Shown: positions 51,230 through 64,000, counted from the stretch's first letter. The stretch: DNA of 64,000 nucleotides from Raja brachyura (GCA_963514005.1 OY740808.1:12524001-12588000), one strand, 5' to 3'. The notes: generated from the sequence alone by a model not told the origin. Program-made: numbers and translations.

Positions 51230-54140
51230 AATTGATACATCTAAAAGGCCTAAAAATCATCCATTTGAACATTAGGAGTCTTCTTCCAAAGATTGATTTA
51301 ATTAGAGTTTGGATTGCACAGAATAAACCTGACATAATAACATTTTCAGAAACATGGTTACATAGTGAAATTTGTGACAATGATATTCATATTGATAATT
51401 TTGCATTATATAGAGCAGATAGGCCTACGAGAGCTGGAGGTGTGGCTTGTTATGTGTCAACTCGCTTTATATCTGAATCTACCATTCCTAAAGTAACCTC
51501 ATCTCTCTTTGAAAGCCTTTTCATTAGGTTAAAACTTCATGAGAATAAACATCTTATCATCGGCACTATCTATCGATCCACCCCTGTTCATCCTGACTCA
51601 ACTAAGTCCCTAATTTCCACTTTCACCTCTATTGAACACCCATTTGAATTAGTGCTTCTTGGTGACTTCAATAAAAACTGGCTCGATCGTTCCTCTTCTA
51701 ACGACAAAAACTTGCTTAAAAGTGTAAACCTGACCCAGTTAATCAACGAACCTACCAGAGTTCATGGCAATTCTACATCACTATTAGATTGGATTCTTGT
51801 TACCCATCCTGACCGAATCTTAACATCTGGTGTTTTGTCAGATTGCTTTACCGATCATTCTGCTATCTTCTGTGTGTGGAAGATTAAACCTTCCCATCTT
51901 CCTCCTAAACTTATTCGTGTCAGACAATTTAGAAAATTTAATTATGATATTTATATGCATGACCTGATTGCAATAAACTGGGACAGGTTTCAACTTATAC
52001 CAACTGTTGAGGATGCCTGGAACTATTTATACACTGAAGTCACAACAGTTATCGATAAGCATGTCCCCTGGAGAGAAATAAAAGTCAAGGGAAAACATTT
52101 ACCATGGATTAGTGCTGATTTGAACAACCTTTTTAATGAGCGGGATAAAGTCTGGAAGACTTTCAGGGAAACAAAGGACCCTGCTGATTGGGAAAAATAT
52201 AGGTCCTTAAGGAATTAGTGTACGACAAGAACACGTAATGCTTAATCAAGTCATTTTAAAAAACATCTTTCTGAAGACATGCATAATCCAAAAATATTCT
52301 GGAAAAGACTAAATATTGTTCTTAATAAATCAATTCAAAATATCAGCACTCAGATTCAGGTCAATAATGACATCGTTCAGGACCCTGCTGTTATATCCAA
52401 TGCTTTCAACCATCACTTCTCCACTGTATGTAGCTCTACTGTATTTGACTCATCTATTATATGTGACTTTCCAGCTACCTCTACACGTAGAAGCTCTTTT
52501 TCTTTTAAAGAAATAAAACCTGTTGACGTTCAACATGCTATTAATGAATTAAAGGATGATTGTGGATCTGGACCAGCTGGTATTGAGACTAAATTCATTA
52601 AGTTAGGAGCTAATATTCTAATGGAAACTTTACTCAATTGGTCTTTCTCAAAACAATCTACTGTGGTTTAACTCATACCTTCATAACAGACGCCACTGTG
52701 TTACTTTTAATGGAAGTCAATCCAATTCCTTAATTATTGAGAAGGGGGTCCCACAAGGTTCGTCTTTGGGACCACTCCTTTTCTCTATTTTCATAAACAA
52801 CCTCCCTAATATTTGTTCTGACTGTCAAACACAACTATATGCTGCTGATGCAGTGCTATATACATCTAGTACTAACAAGTCTGAAATTGAAAGATCCCTT
52901 CAATCAGATCTTACTTCTGTTCAGAAATGGCTATTATTTAACATATTAATTTTAAATAAAAATAAATCATGCAGTATGTTATTCGGTACCAGACAAGACC
53001 TTGGTAATTCTGTAGATCTGACTATATCATTTAATGAAGGATCACCATTAGAACAAGTATTGAACTTCAAATATCTTGGTGTTTGGCTCGACCCAACGCT
53101 TTCATTTACGCAGCATATTGAGACGATTACTAAAAAACTCAGCTGTAATCTAGCTATTCTTTACCACCATATGAATTGTTTCACCTTTCAGATGAGAAAA
53201 AGAATTGTCTCTCAACTACTACTACCAACATTGGATTATGCTGATATTGTCTTTCAGAATACATTTGATACACATCTTCAACCCCTCAATGTAGTTTATA
53301 ATAGTCTCTGCAGATTTATTTTAAGGTGTCCATATCTAACTCACCACTGTTCTATGTACGAAACTCTAAACTGGTTATCCCCCCACACTCGAAGATGCTA
53401 CCACTGGTTCCAGTTCATCTTTAAATGCATCCATCTCAATTACCCTTATTTAAAACAAGACCTATTACCATACACACCCTCATATTCACTAAGACATATT
53501 CAGCAACTCTTCTTTTTCATTACAAGAACTAACAAAGAAATTGGGAGACGTGCATTTAAATTCAAAGCTCCTTCTGACTGGAACACTCTGCCTAGTACCA
53601 TAGGAACTATTAGCTCATTTTGTCTATTTAAAAATATACTTTTACCCTTACTTATAAAACCATGTACCTGTTTTTAGTATTAGAGTCTTCGAGCTCCTTT
53701 ATCTGGCTTGTTCTGTGTGGGATCATTTGGAATAGCTATTGTATATGCATGGCCATTACACTTATGTATTATTGTATTGCATAGTGTAACAACGTCTTAT
53801 ATTGTATTATTTCACAATACTATGAAATAATATATCATGTAATAATGTTGATAGTATGTATTAACGTACGATGTATGATAGGTGGTATATGGTATTACGC
53901 ATCAACATTATTCTGTAACACATAACTTATTATTATTGGATGTGTAAAGTCAATTAACAATTGTTATAAACTATAACAAGTGGGGATGGAGGGATTTTGG
54001 GATTGGTATGTGGGTAGGTTGGTCAATGAGAGCCTCTATGTATGTTATGTCTTGTGCTGTATGTTCTATGTTGGACCCCCTCGAAAATGAGATGATTGTC
54101 CATCTCAAGGGGTTATCCATGAATAAACTTGAAACTTGAA
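51230..54140 (+). mobile_element. Crack/L2/CR1-group LINE ORF2 (EN-RT) with internal deletion and 3' UTR
   Basis: IIHLNIRSL, SETWL, LGDFN, TDH; GVPQGSSLGP; LDYAD; 3' stem-loop and aataaacttgaaacttgaa tail. Confidence 0.85.
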
Positions 54141-54397
54141 CAGTTTGAGAAATTAAATAAATATCCAAATGCGCAAACTCTCCATTCTTGTTATGATATG
54201 GTGCGCTGATCAGATCTGCACAGAATACCCTAGAGTCTAGATGTAGCCTCATCAATATTTCATAAAGTTGTACCAAAACCTCTCTTTTCTTATAGTGTAT
54301 GCACAGACTGAGGAGGGCCATGAGCCATTTTAACCACTTTATACCTGTTATGCTACTTTCATGCAGGTGTGGACTTGTTTATTAAGATCCTTTGCTT

Positions 54398-57330
54398 GGA
54401 ATAAATTGGAATAAAAGCGAAATTATGTCGTTAAAACCACAGGATGCGAGACACTTGAAAAATTCAAGTATTTGGGTATTCAAATTACGAGAAGACACAA
54501 CTCATTATTTAGTGCCAATTTTACGCTACTATTAAATAAACTGAATGTTATGATTACATTTTGGAAAACGCTCCCGCTCCCATTGATAGGTAGAACTAAT
54601 GCTATAAAAATAACTTTCTTAACACAATTAATATAGTTGTTTCAAGCGATCCCAATATATATTCCAAAATATTTTTTCAAAAAACTGGATTCTAATATCA
54701 CTAATTTTATATGGGATTATAGAGCACACATAATTCAATGAAAGCATTTGTGTAAACCTAAAGAATTTGGGGGTTTATCATTACCTAACTTTACGTATCA
54801 CTACTGGGCAGTGCATATTAAGAACATAATGTACTGGTGGGATAGTTCCACTCACCAGTCGGAGTGGATAAGAATGGAGAAGGAGGAGTGTTTCCCGTAC
54901 GATATAGGAACGATCTTGTTCTCACCGATAAAATTGAATAGTATAATATATAAGAACCCAATTATTCACAATACAATAAGAATTTGGAAACAAATACAAT
55001 AATCCTTGAAATTAAATAATCTACCAGTACTAACCCCAATATTGAACAATCCTGCATTCAAATCATCCCTTATCGACAAAACATATAAACATTGGGATAG
55101 ACTGGGGATTAGGAAAGTAGGGGATATGTATGAATTGGGCAAATTGTTATCATTTCAACAATTAAAATCAAAATTTAAACTGAATGATAATCAATACTTT
55201 AAATATATACAGATATGTGACTTTATGAAGAAATACATACATAGATTTCAAACTATATTTTTAGACCCTTTAGAAGGAGCAATGAATATTAAAGCTGATT
55301 CACAAAAACTAATATCATATTTTTATAATAGTATATTAAATAGAGAATTATCCTCTACAGAAGCACTAGGAGAAGATTGGGAATGTGAACTAATGATAAA
55401 GATCCCGAAAGATAGATGGGAAAAATATCTGATGAACACACATAATTGTTCCATTAATACAAGACGTAATTTAATTCAATTTAAATTATTACATAGACTA
55501 TATTATTCAAAACTGATGTTGAATATATTCTACCCAAACATCACTCCCAGATGCGATAAATGTTTGTTTCAAAATGCCAATATAACACATTCATTTGTAG
55601 GATGTACAAAGTTGAATAAGTTTTGGAGCGATATATTTGATATATTTACAAAGCTCTTTAAGTTAAGAATAGAACCTAATACGGAATGGATTATATTTGG
55701 AATAATAGTAGAAGATATCAATTTAAACAAAGACCAAAAAGTGTTCTTTAATTATGGGTTAATAATTGGAAAGAAATTGATACTTAAATTTTGGAAAAAT
55801 ACAGCTATACCAACTATTAAAATGTGGGTTAGGAATATGACGGACATAGCTCACCTTGAAGAAATGAGACTCCGCCTAATAGATAAATATGACCAATTCT
55901 TAAGGAGTTGTAGGTATGTTACAAAACTTACCTTGAGCAGCGCTGCAGTTCTGCCGCTCCCCGTGTGTGCGACTTTGGCGCCTTTCAGAGGGGGGCGGGC
56001 TTAAAGTGCCGTTTTTCCACAGGCAGGGAAAATCGATGAATGTCGGGCGATTTCGTTGCGGAAGAAAAATCGCCCCGACATTTCATGAATGAAGGTATTT
56101 TTAAATTACTCTAGATTATTTATTAACTAGAGTAATTTAAAAATCACCTTCAAAAGCCGTCAGCGCCGACAACCGGAAGGATTTTGCGTAGGGGAGAAAA
56201 AAAGGTAAATAGTTTATTTTTATATTAAATGTTGGTTTTTCGGGAGGCTTTAATAACATTTTCATGTTGCGAAATAGGGTCCAAAAAATGTATGAACCAA
56301 CAGTATTTTTCTTCCCGACTTCACCGCTAACCGCAACGTTCCTATCCACCGCATTCCACTAAAACCCACTCGCTAGTTGATTTAAATGGCCATTAATTTA
56401 CAGGAATCAAACACTAAATTCCTTCCATTTGGCCCAGAAATTCATGAAAATGAGATTTAAAAATTATGTTATATTGTGGATTATTGTGTGAATGTTATTT
56501 GGACCCTTAAGCAATTTGAAGAAAGTTTATTTTTTCTTAAGAAATGGATAGATGTTTAGATCTACTCATTGAATTTTGTAATTAGCTACAATTAGATAAC
56601 TAACTAATTATATGCTTTAATTTCAGGTCATCCAAGTAAGATTGTTTCATATTTGTTTCAGAATGCTTCAATCTATAATAACTGATAATTTCATTGAGTT
56701 CTCTTAATTTTTAAGAAAGTTATGGGCTTTTAACTGTTCCAGATCACAGCTTTTGAGTTAAGTCAATTGAAAGGCAATGGGGAACAAGATGCTAATTTCC
56801 GAGTATGAAAATGGCCATAACTTTCTTAATACTGAAGATATGAAAGTGAATTAGGTGTCATATTAAACTTCTTTTTATGCTTTATCTGATGGGATAAATT
56901 GCAGACTTGATTTTTAAAATCTCAAAATTTTGTAACATTGCTAGGAGTTGGTTCCCTTTCATCGACTTTTTAGAATCATGTGATGCAGCAGTACCGTAAA
57001 GATTGCTGATTTCAGGTCAGGTTGTGGATAGATTTATATCTCCGAACAAAGATTTAAAAATTTATTTTTTAAGGTTTTTTTCTCCTATTTCTACTTTCAA
57101 CCTTTTCTTCTCCTATATACACACTTCACATCTTTCTATTTTCTACTATCTAGTTTTCCTCTTTTTCTTCTCTCTATTTTCTGTCATTTTTTTTACTTCC
57201 TTTTCAAAAACATAAAACTAGAGCTTGTACATAGATTGTATTACGTTGTGACATAGTTGGCACCTAAAATTAGGTACCACTGTATTGTTTTGTATTGTAT
57301 TAACTTCTAATGAAATAAATTTAAAAAAAA
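54398..57330 (+). mobile_element. L1/Tx1 3' fragment with poly(A)
   Basis: FKYLGI, GGLSLPNF, QFKLLHR, CDKC..H..C; 14-bp TSD AAGATCCTTTGCTT at 54384-54397 and 57331-57344. Confidence 0.92.
55911..56943. mobile_element. Non-autonomous hAT-like DNA transposon nested in L1 ORF2
   Basis: TIRs TAGGTATGTTACAAAA / TAGCAATGTTACAAAA; 7-8-bp TSD (A)GGAGTTG; removing it restores L1 ..FLRSWFPFIDFLES. Confidence 0.8.
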
Positions 57331-58054
57331 AAGATCCTTTGCTTCCTCAATACCATCGGGCCGAGGTGCTTTTTCGTTTAAGTTCGTGAGCCAAATCATG
57401 TAACTACATGAATTTTCAACATATTGTGTTAAAATATTATATAAATCATACCTGAAACTCGTCAAGAACAAAACCTGCACATATTTTTAAAAATGAGAAA
57501 AACCTCCAATTTTCCGAGTCGTAATTGTTCAATCAAAGTACGTTTGACTTTGAGTCGGATGCCAATTGACCAATCACACGCTTTGTTTCAGGCTAGCTAG
57601 ACAGGGAGCCCACATCAATTCGTGGGACCAGTGAAACGTTGTGAATCAACTGGAACAGAAAGGTAAGATCTAAAGACTGAATTTATGAAAATTAATCTGT
57701 ATGGACATTAATTAATTTAATTTCAACCTCTTATAATGTGAAAAAATAGATCTGGAAGCTGAAGTTGATGGCCTAAACTATGCCTATCCGTAACAAATTA
57801 AATTAAAAGTTGTCACTAATGCCAGCTTGTTGAACTGAAAGAGGTCTTCTTTAACATCTAATCTCGGTGCTTCCTGCAATCATTTACTTGGAAAAAGTGC
57901 TCCGACTGCGGGACCTATGCACATAACATAGTGAAGCCGCGGTCTCCAGTACGAAACGGCCGATTCTGGAACTGGGAGCCGGGGAGTGAGTTTGGATCCT
58001 CTCTGCGGGGGGCTGTACATAGTGCCGTCCATAGCGGCGATTGCGGAGGGATCA

Positions 58055-58435
58055 AGTGCAACTGTCTCCCGGCCATTCAGGACATTTTCCACCATCGGTG
58101 CCTGCGGAAGGCACACAGCATCATCAAGGACCACAGCCACCCAGCACGCAGACTGTTCTCCTTGTTACCGTCAGGCAGACGATACAGGAGCATGGCTGCA
58201 CGTACCACCAGACTTAAGAACAGTTTTTACCATCAGGCCATCAGGCTTCTGAACTCATAAACACATTTTATGTCATATATGTTGATTATCTTATTATTGT
58301 CTTACCAGTGTCATTTATATCTTATTTTATCCTTGTTATATTATTGCTGAGGTGACCCGTTGTCTTGTCAAACACATTTTATTGTACCGTTGACCCTGTG
58401 TTAACCTTCATATGACAAATAAAACTGAAATAAAA
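58055..58435 (+). mobile_element. Rex1/Babar-like 3' fragment
   Basis: IIKDHSHP..FSLLPSGRRYRS..NSFYHQAIRLLN. Confidence 0.8.
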
Positions 58436-58648
58436 AGGCCCTGACCATGGGAGAACAATTGACTGCACTTTGTTGCCTTCCATCGCAGTGAGAAATGCTC
58501 AGAAATTGTGGATGTTTATGTTGAAATCAATTGATGTTTGTGAGCTTGAACTTTAACTAACTTATCTACGGTAGTAACTTAAAGTGTAAGTCTCATTAAC
58601 ATTTGGAAGAGTTGACATTTTATGAATTGAGGTCCATGCAGACTTAAG

Positions 58649-61108
58649 TGCTATGATATGTTTTTTTTCTGTAGCTATTGTAGATTGCTTACTAACCAAT
58701 TGTTGTGCTTGTTAGTAGTAGCTTCGTTTACTATGCGATTTATATTACCAAGAGCTTGCTTATGTAATTCAGTCTGAGTAGCTGCTAGTTACTGTAATGT
58801 CCTGCAGACCAATGCTGTAAGTGGACTTTAATAAATATGTGTTGTATCTTGATGTGTGTACGACTCGACTCATTACATGGTGACAGAAGTGGGATGCGAA
58901 CCCATGCCTCCAGTTGGCACGGGAGTGAAATGTAATGTCATCTTGTTATCTGAGTAAAAAAATACCCATAATGCTGACCAAGTTGAAAAGGCCTCGGCCA
59001 CGCTACGGGCCTATAGGGGTGATGTTCTACACCCGCTTGGAGAAACTGATTTGAAATGCGTCATAGACTCGCAGTCTCATACCCTGAAGTTTTATATCAT
59101 CAAGGGGGGATTCTGAAACTCTGCTTGGTATCAATGCATGCCACGATCTAGGCCTAGTCAACTTTGGCCGCACTGCCCATCAACTCTTTCTCGCTGAGGG
59201 CCCCACTCAACAACTACTCTCTCAATATAGATAACTGTTTAACGATGAGCTGCCCCTCAAATACAACATCACCGTTAATCCCAAAGTCAATCCTGTGGTT
59301 CGAGCACCACATCATGTTCCCCATGCCATGCGCGACAGAGCACAGACACAATGAGCTAAAGCGGATGGTCTCCCTGGGTGTCATTGCTGAAGTTACTGAC
59401 CCATCTGACTGGGTTTCCACCATGGTGGTTGTAACGAAGGAAAGCAAGGAAGAAATCTGTATCTGCATCAACCCATGGACCTCAACACAGCAATCAAATG
59501 GCCACACTACCCTAAGCGAATGATAGAGGAAGTTGCTGCTTAAATAGGCAACGCATCCCTGTTTTCCGTTCCTGGATGCCAAAAGCTCATTTTGGCAGAT
59601 TCCACTGGACCAAGAATCTTCCAACCTTACTATGTTCGGCACCCTCTTCGGCCATTACAAATTCCTAAGAATGCCCTTAGGCATCAACTCTGCCAGTGAG
59701 GTTTTCTAGTGCACCATGGAACAACTGTTTGCGGGGTATCAATGCACCATCATTGTTGATGACATTCTTGTTTGCGACGAAGTCAAAGTGGTGCGACTTG
59801 GCTGAGCATCTGAAGAGAGTGCTGGACCATGCCAAGGACATTCAGCACAAACTCAATCCCCTGAAGTGCAAGTTTCCGGTCCCGGAAGTTACCTACGTCG
59901 GCCATGTTTTCACAAATGATGGTCTCAGACCAGACCCATCAAAAACTTGCTATCAATGAAATTCCAGTTCCTACTGATGTTATGAGTTTACAAAGGTTCT
60001 TTGGAATGGTCAACTACCTGGGGAAATTTATGCCAAACCTCAGCGATATATCTGCCCCCCTGCGGGAACTGACACTGAAAGATGGTCCTGATAGAAACAG
60101 ACCACCAGCCGCTGGTCACCATCTTGAATAAACCCATTCACGCCGCTCCGGCTCACCTGCAACGGATGATGATGCAACTGCAGCGTTTTGATTTCAACAT
60201 TGTCTACAAAAAAGGCATGGATATGCACATAGCTGACACACTATCAAGGGCCCCGTGCAAAACCAGCGAACAACAGCCCTCTGAACAGGAGCAGTTCTCA
60301 GTAATGTTCCGTATGTTCCCACTGATTGCCGGAGCAGCCTGGCAGAACACAAGGCTGCTGACGAGACTTTACAATTGCTGTCCGCAGTCATCCGGCATGG
60401 CTGGCAGGATAAACAACACAGCACCCCACTTGCAATCCGCCCTTACTTCTTGGTTCGCGACAAACTGGTGTTACAGGACGGGATTATAGTCTAGGGTCAC
60501 AAAACAGCCGTCCTCGGGGACAAGTACTTCGATGCCGTCCGCAGGGGCCATCCCAGTGTGGAGGCAACCTTACAACGGGCACAGAGCATATTTTACTGGC
60601 CTGGCATGACCAAGTACATACATGACAAAACTGAAGTCTGCGCCATCTGCAAAACCCTGACGCCACACCAGCAGATGCAGCCCTTACTGCCACACCGGGT
60701 TCCTCCTCTACCATGGTCCACGGTAGCCACTGACATATTCGAATGGCATGGGAAACACTATCTGGTTCTTGTCAACTCATATTCGTGCTGGTTTGACATT
60801 GATCTACTCTAAATCATCACATCTGAAGCAGTTATCCAGAAGTTGCAACGCCAGTTCTCCGTGCACGGTTCCCCTGCACGCCTTCTATCTGACAACGGCA
60901 GTCAGTCCAGCTTCAGCAAAAACTTTGCTCAACGATGAGACTTTCGACATATCACCAGCAGCCCTGAGTTTCCTCAGTCCAACGGACTCGCTGAACGGGC
61001 AGTCCGCAGCGTAAAACAATGAATGGAGCGTTCTTACCTTGCTAAATCTGACGTCTATCTGGACCTGCTCAATTTAAGGAACATTGCCAGGGATCCCATA
61101 CTGGGATA
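58649..61108 (+). mobile_element. Gypsy LTR retrotransposon remnant (5' LTR, PBS, deleted pol)
   Basis: LTR TG..CA at 58649-58877 with AATAAA; PBS TGGTGACAGAAGTGGGAT at 58878-58895 (tRNA-Leu-like); YVGHVF, GMVNYLGKF, ETDHQPL, IFYWPGM..CAIC, VATDIF. Confidence 0.85.
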
Positions 61109-61199
61109 CTATAATCGCATCCAACCAAGAATTCTTTTCTTTTCAATCCTGATTACCCAACCAATTATCTGAAGATGAAATCAGGCAGAAATATAAAAT

Positions 61200-62730
61200 C
61201 GAGTTGGAAATAACTTAAGAGGTCGATTAGAAGAGCCAAACTGGGGCATGAAACGGGTTTGTCGAGCTAGATTAAAGAAGTTTGCAAGGCTTTTTATACC
61301 TAAATTAAATGCAAGAGGATAACCAGAAAGATGGTAACTCGAGGATAAAGGGAGGAATTTGTGCTTTGAGTCAAGGGATATAAGCGAGGTATTAAATGAG
61401 TGCGTTGTATGTCTTTTCACCAAGGAGAAGGACAAGGAGGAGAGTGAGATCAATGTGGCGAATATTCATATGCAAGGGCACTGTGTGATTAAAAAGTGGG
61501 TGTTGGGTGTCTTGAGGGGCAGTGTGCACGAATGGACAGATTATTGAGAGACACAAAAGACGAGTTTGCAGGAGCCATGACAAAGATCTCTGCACCTTCT
61601 CCAGCAGTTAATAAGTTTACAGATGACAGCTAGATTGTTTGGGTTGCGGACAGTGAGGAAGGCTGTCAAAGTATACAGCGGGATAGAGACTAGGTACAAA
61701 AATGAGAGATGAAATGATAGATGCAGATTAACCAGAGCATTGAAGTGCTGCGGGAGGTATCGATTGTAAGGGTAAATATACGAGATGCTGCCTGAGCCGC
61801 TGAGTTACTCAGTATTTTGTGTCTACTTTCGATTAATGTATTGATGTACAGAGGAATTTCGGGAACCAAGTCTATCTCCCTATAATATTTCCGTTCTGAG
61901 GGGAAATGGTAATGACTCTCTGCCCTATCTATGAATCTCATAACTTTATATATTTCTAGCAGGTCTTCCCTCATCGTCAATGGTTACAGAGAAAACAATC
62001 CAATTCTGTCCAACCTCTGCTCGTAGTTATTACCCCTAATTCAGGTATCATGCTGGTAAACATCCTCTGCGCCCATTTCTAGGCCTATACTATAAGGAAA
62101 CACTATATCTCCCTCAGTGGCAACACTACTATACTGAGTGGTAAGAAGGCATATTGTATGTTTTCCTTCATTGGGCAGGGCATTTAGGATAAGGACAGGC
62201 AAGTCATGATGCTACTTTTAGGACTTTTGTTAGGCTGCATCGCGGTACTGCCATCATTTCTGATCGCCCCAATACTAGATGGAAGTCTAGGACTTGGAAA
62301 GAGCGCAGAGGATGTTTACCAGCATGATACCTGAATTAGGGGCATTAACTACGGGCAGAGGTTGGACAGAATTGGATTATTTTCTCTGTAACCGTTGACG
62401 ATGAGGGGAGACCTGCTAGAAATATATAACATTATGAGATTCGTAGATAGGGCAGAGACCATTTCCCCTCAGAATGGAAACATTAAGGACTAGATGACAT
62501 AGGTTCAAGGTGAGAGACGCATGCACATTGTATATACAGAGGTTGGCGAGGGCCCGGAAGGCGTTGGCGGGGGTGGTGGTGGCGGCACAAGCAACAGTGG
62601 CATTTGTAAGACTTCTGGATACGGATCATGTGCACGCAGATAAGATTTGGTTTTGGCCTCATGTCGGCAGAGACATGGAGCGCCGAAAGGCTTATTCGTG
62701 TGCTGTGCTGTACTATGTTCTGCGCTTTGT
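61200..62730 (+). mobile_element. Old decayed CR1 downstream of C3, containing an inverted duplication
   Basis: Paralogous to 32980-34510. Confidence 0.65.
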
Positions 62731-63535
62731 GGATACTGCAACTTTAGTTTGGACTCATCAATCAGGAGAAATAACGTCGGCATCTTTCCTGCCATGACCA
62801 CTAAGAGTTTGTCGGGAGCTGTGAGGTGTTTACACATTCTCCACGTGATGTCGTGGGTTGCCTCCCACATCCCAAAGATTGCGGGTTCATAGGTCAATTG
62901 GCCTCTGTAAAATTGCCCCCCGCCGTGTAGGGAGTGGATGAGAAGGTTGGCTGCACTTCTCGCAGCGTGCACTTATCCCACTAATCAGCTCAGCAGGAAC
63001 CAACCAAGAACTTCAGTACCTCTATTGGGCCAGGAAAGTAAAACCATATGTGATACTCCATGTGTGCTAGCGCCCTATGTAAAGGCAGAAAGAACGTATT
63101 TACTCTCACTCACCACCAGCCCCACCCATTTAATTCACAGATGAAATAGCTTGGAATTGCTAAGTGAATAGTATCAGCAAGGTCAAATTTAACGTTTACT
63201 GTCTGTCCTCGAATGCGTTTCGACATGAGCGCGCAATTTTGTTCGTGTGTGTGCGTGTGCGCGCGCGCGACTATATGAACCAACTTATAATCACACCAAT
63301 TTATAATATAACGTTCCGCACCATTTATCACCGCATCTTCCATAAAGTAATATAATGAAGGTTGATTAATTGATTTGATTTTATCTGATCAGAAATAAAA
63401 GTCAAAATTAAAGTCAAACAAATGTATTGCTCTTCAGATTGAATTATTGATTTTAGTCGAGAGTTGTATTTGAAAATGTTAGTAACTGTGGGTAAGCAAC
63501 AAAATAACCTGAATGTAATATTTAGACCACTGTCT

Positions 63536-63541
63536 TTTAAT
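63536..63541 (-). terminator. Candidate poly(A) signal ATTAAA of IgL cluster 3
   Basis: About 190 nt after the stop; conserved among clusters. Confidence 0.55.
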
Positions 63542-63732
63542 GAATATTTGTGAATGCATTCAACAGATTGAATAACATTGGAGTTTCAATTCCAACGAGT
63601 TGCAAAGAGCGAGACAAAGGACAATTTTATCGCAAATGCTAGTCGATAACAGAATATTTTTAGATCAATTTTTAACAAATGAAGGACGGAGCAAAACTAT
63701 TTTTCAGCTTGATTAGTTGGAATTTAGATGGT

Positions 63733-64000
63733 TTACAGACAGCTGGACCTGGCGATGTTTCGCTGCAGCGGGCAAGCCCGCGACTCGTGTTTAACCACAC
63801 AGGAGTAAAGCTCGTGTGAGTTCCAGACTGTGACTGGCAGAGTCAGGTAACTGCTCGCACTGAACGTGCTGTCCGCCTCCTGTTGGACTGGGCTGGTTTC
63901 GACGCCATCACTTCTCGCACTGCCGTCCACAGTCCACTCAATTTCCACAACTCCCGGATTAAACCCACTCACCAAACACACAAGGGTGGCGGTTCCCTTT
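63733..64000 (-). CDS. Ig light chain constant exon, cluster 3 (5' end outside the window)
   Basis: KGTATLVCLVSGFNPG..WTVDG..SSYLTL..YSCVVKH..RSSCL. Confidence 0.93.
   Translation of the reverse strand, partial: KGTATLVCLVSGFNPGVVEIEWTVDGSARSDGVETSPVQQEADSTFSASSYLTLPVTVWNSHELYSCVVKHESRACPLQRNIARSSCL

Noticed and set aside
51097-52218. 373-aa ORF as a host nuclease gene (likewise 55006-56004)
   Set aside because: LINE ORF2 fragments followed by stops, deletions and retroelement tails
57880-58260. GC-rich ORFs as a host exon
   Set aside because: The 3' half is Rex1-like; the 5' half has no recognisable domain or supported splice structure

Overview
Vertebrate genomic DNA, most likely from a cartilaginous fish (skate/ray-like; inferred from the Ig organisation and repeat families). 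The protein-coding content is a head-to-tail array of immunoglobulin light-chain clusters on the minus strand. Two are complete (leader exon, single pre-joined V-J exon, C exon: 16523-19547 and 35390-40502). The C exon of a third (63733-64000) runs off the window. The V-J exons are fused in frame with no recombination signal sequences, matching the germline-joined type II/lambda-like light chains of elasmobranchs. Shared non-coding blocks show the clusters arose by whole-unit duplication and were then padded by different transposons. The rest is mostly transposable elements: CR1, L2/Crack, L1/Tx1, Rex1/Babar, a short RTE-like element, Penelope-like elements with hammerhead-type motifs, V-SINE/HE1-like SINEs, a Passport-like Tc1, a hAT-like MITE, a Gypsy remnant and a Helitron-like end. 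There are two N gaps. I do not see an unambiguously new system. The best leads are cluster-specific Ig features (duplicated splice acceptor, extra Cys, mosaic C exons, atypical promoter), a possible chimeric LINE, a Passport-like Tc1 and ribozyme-like motifs. Ig splice boundaries and TSDs were read base by base; other repeat boundaries and identities are by-eye estimates.
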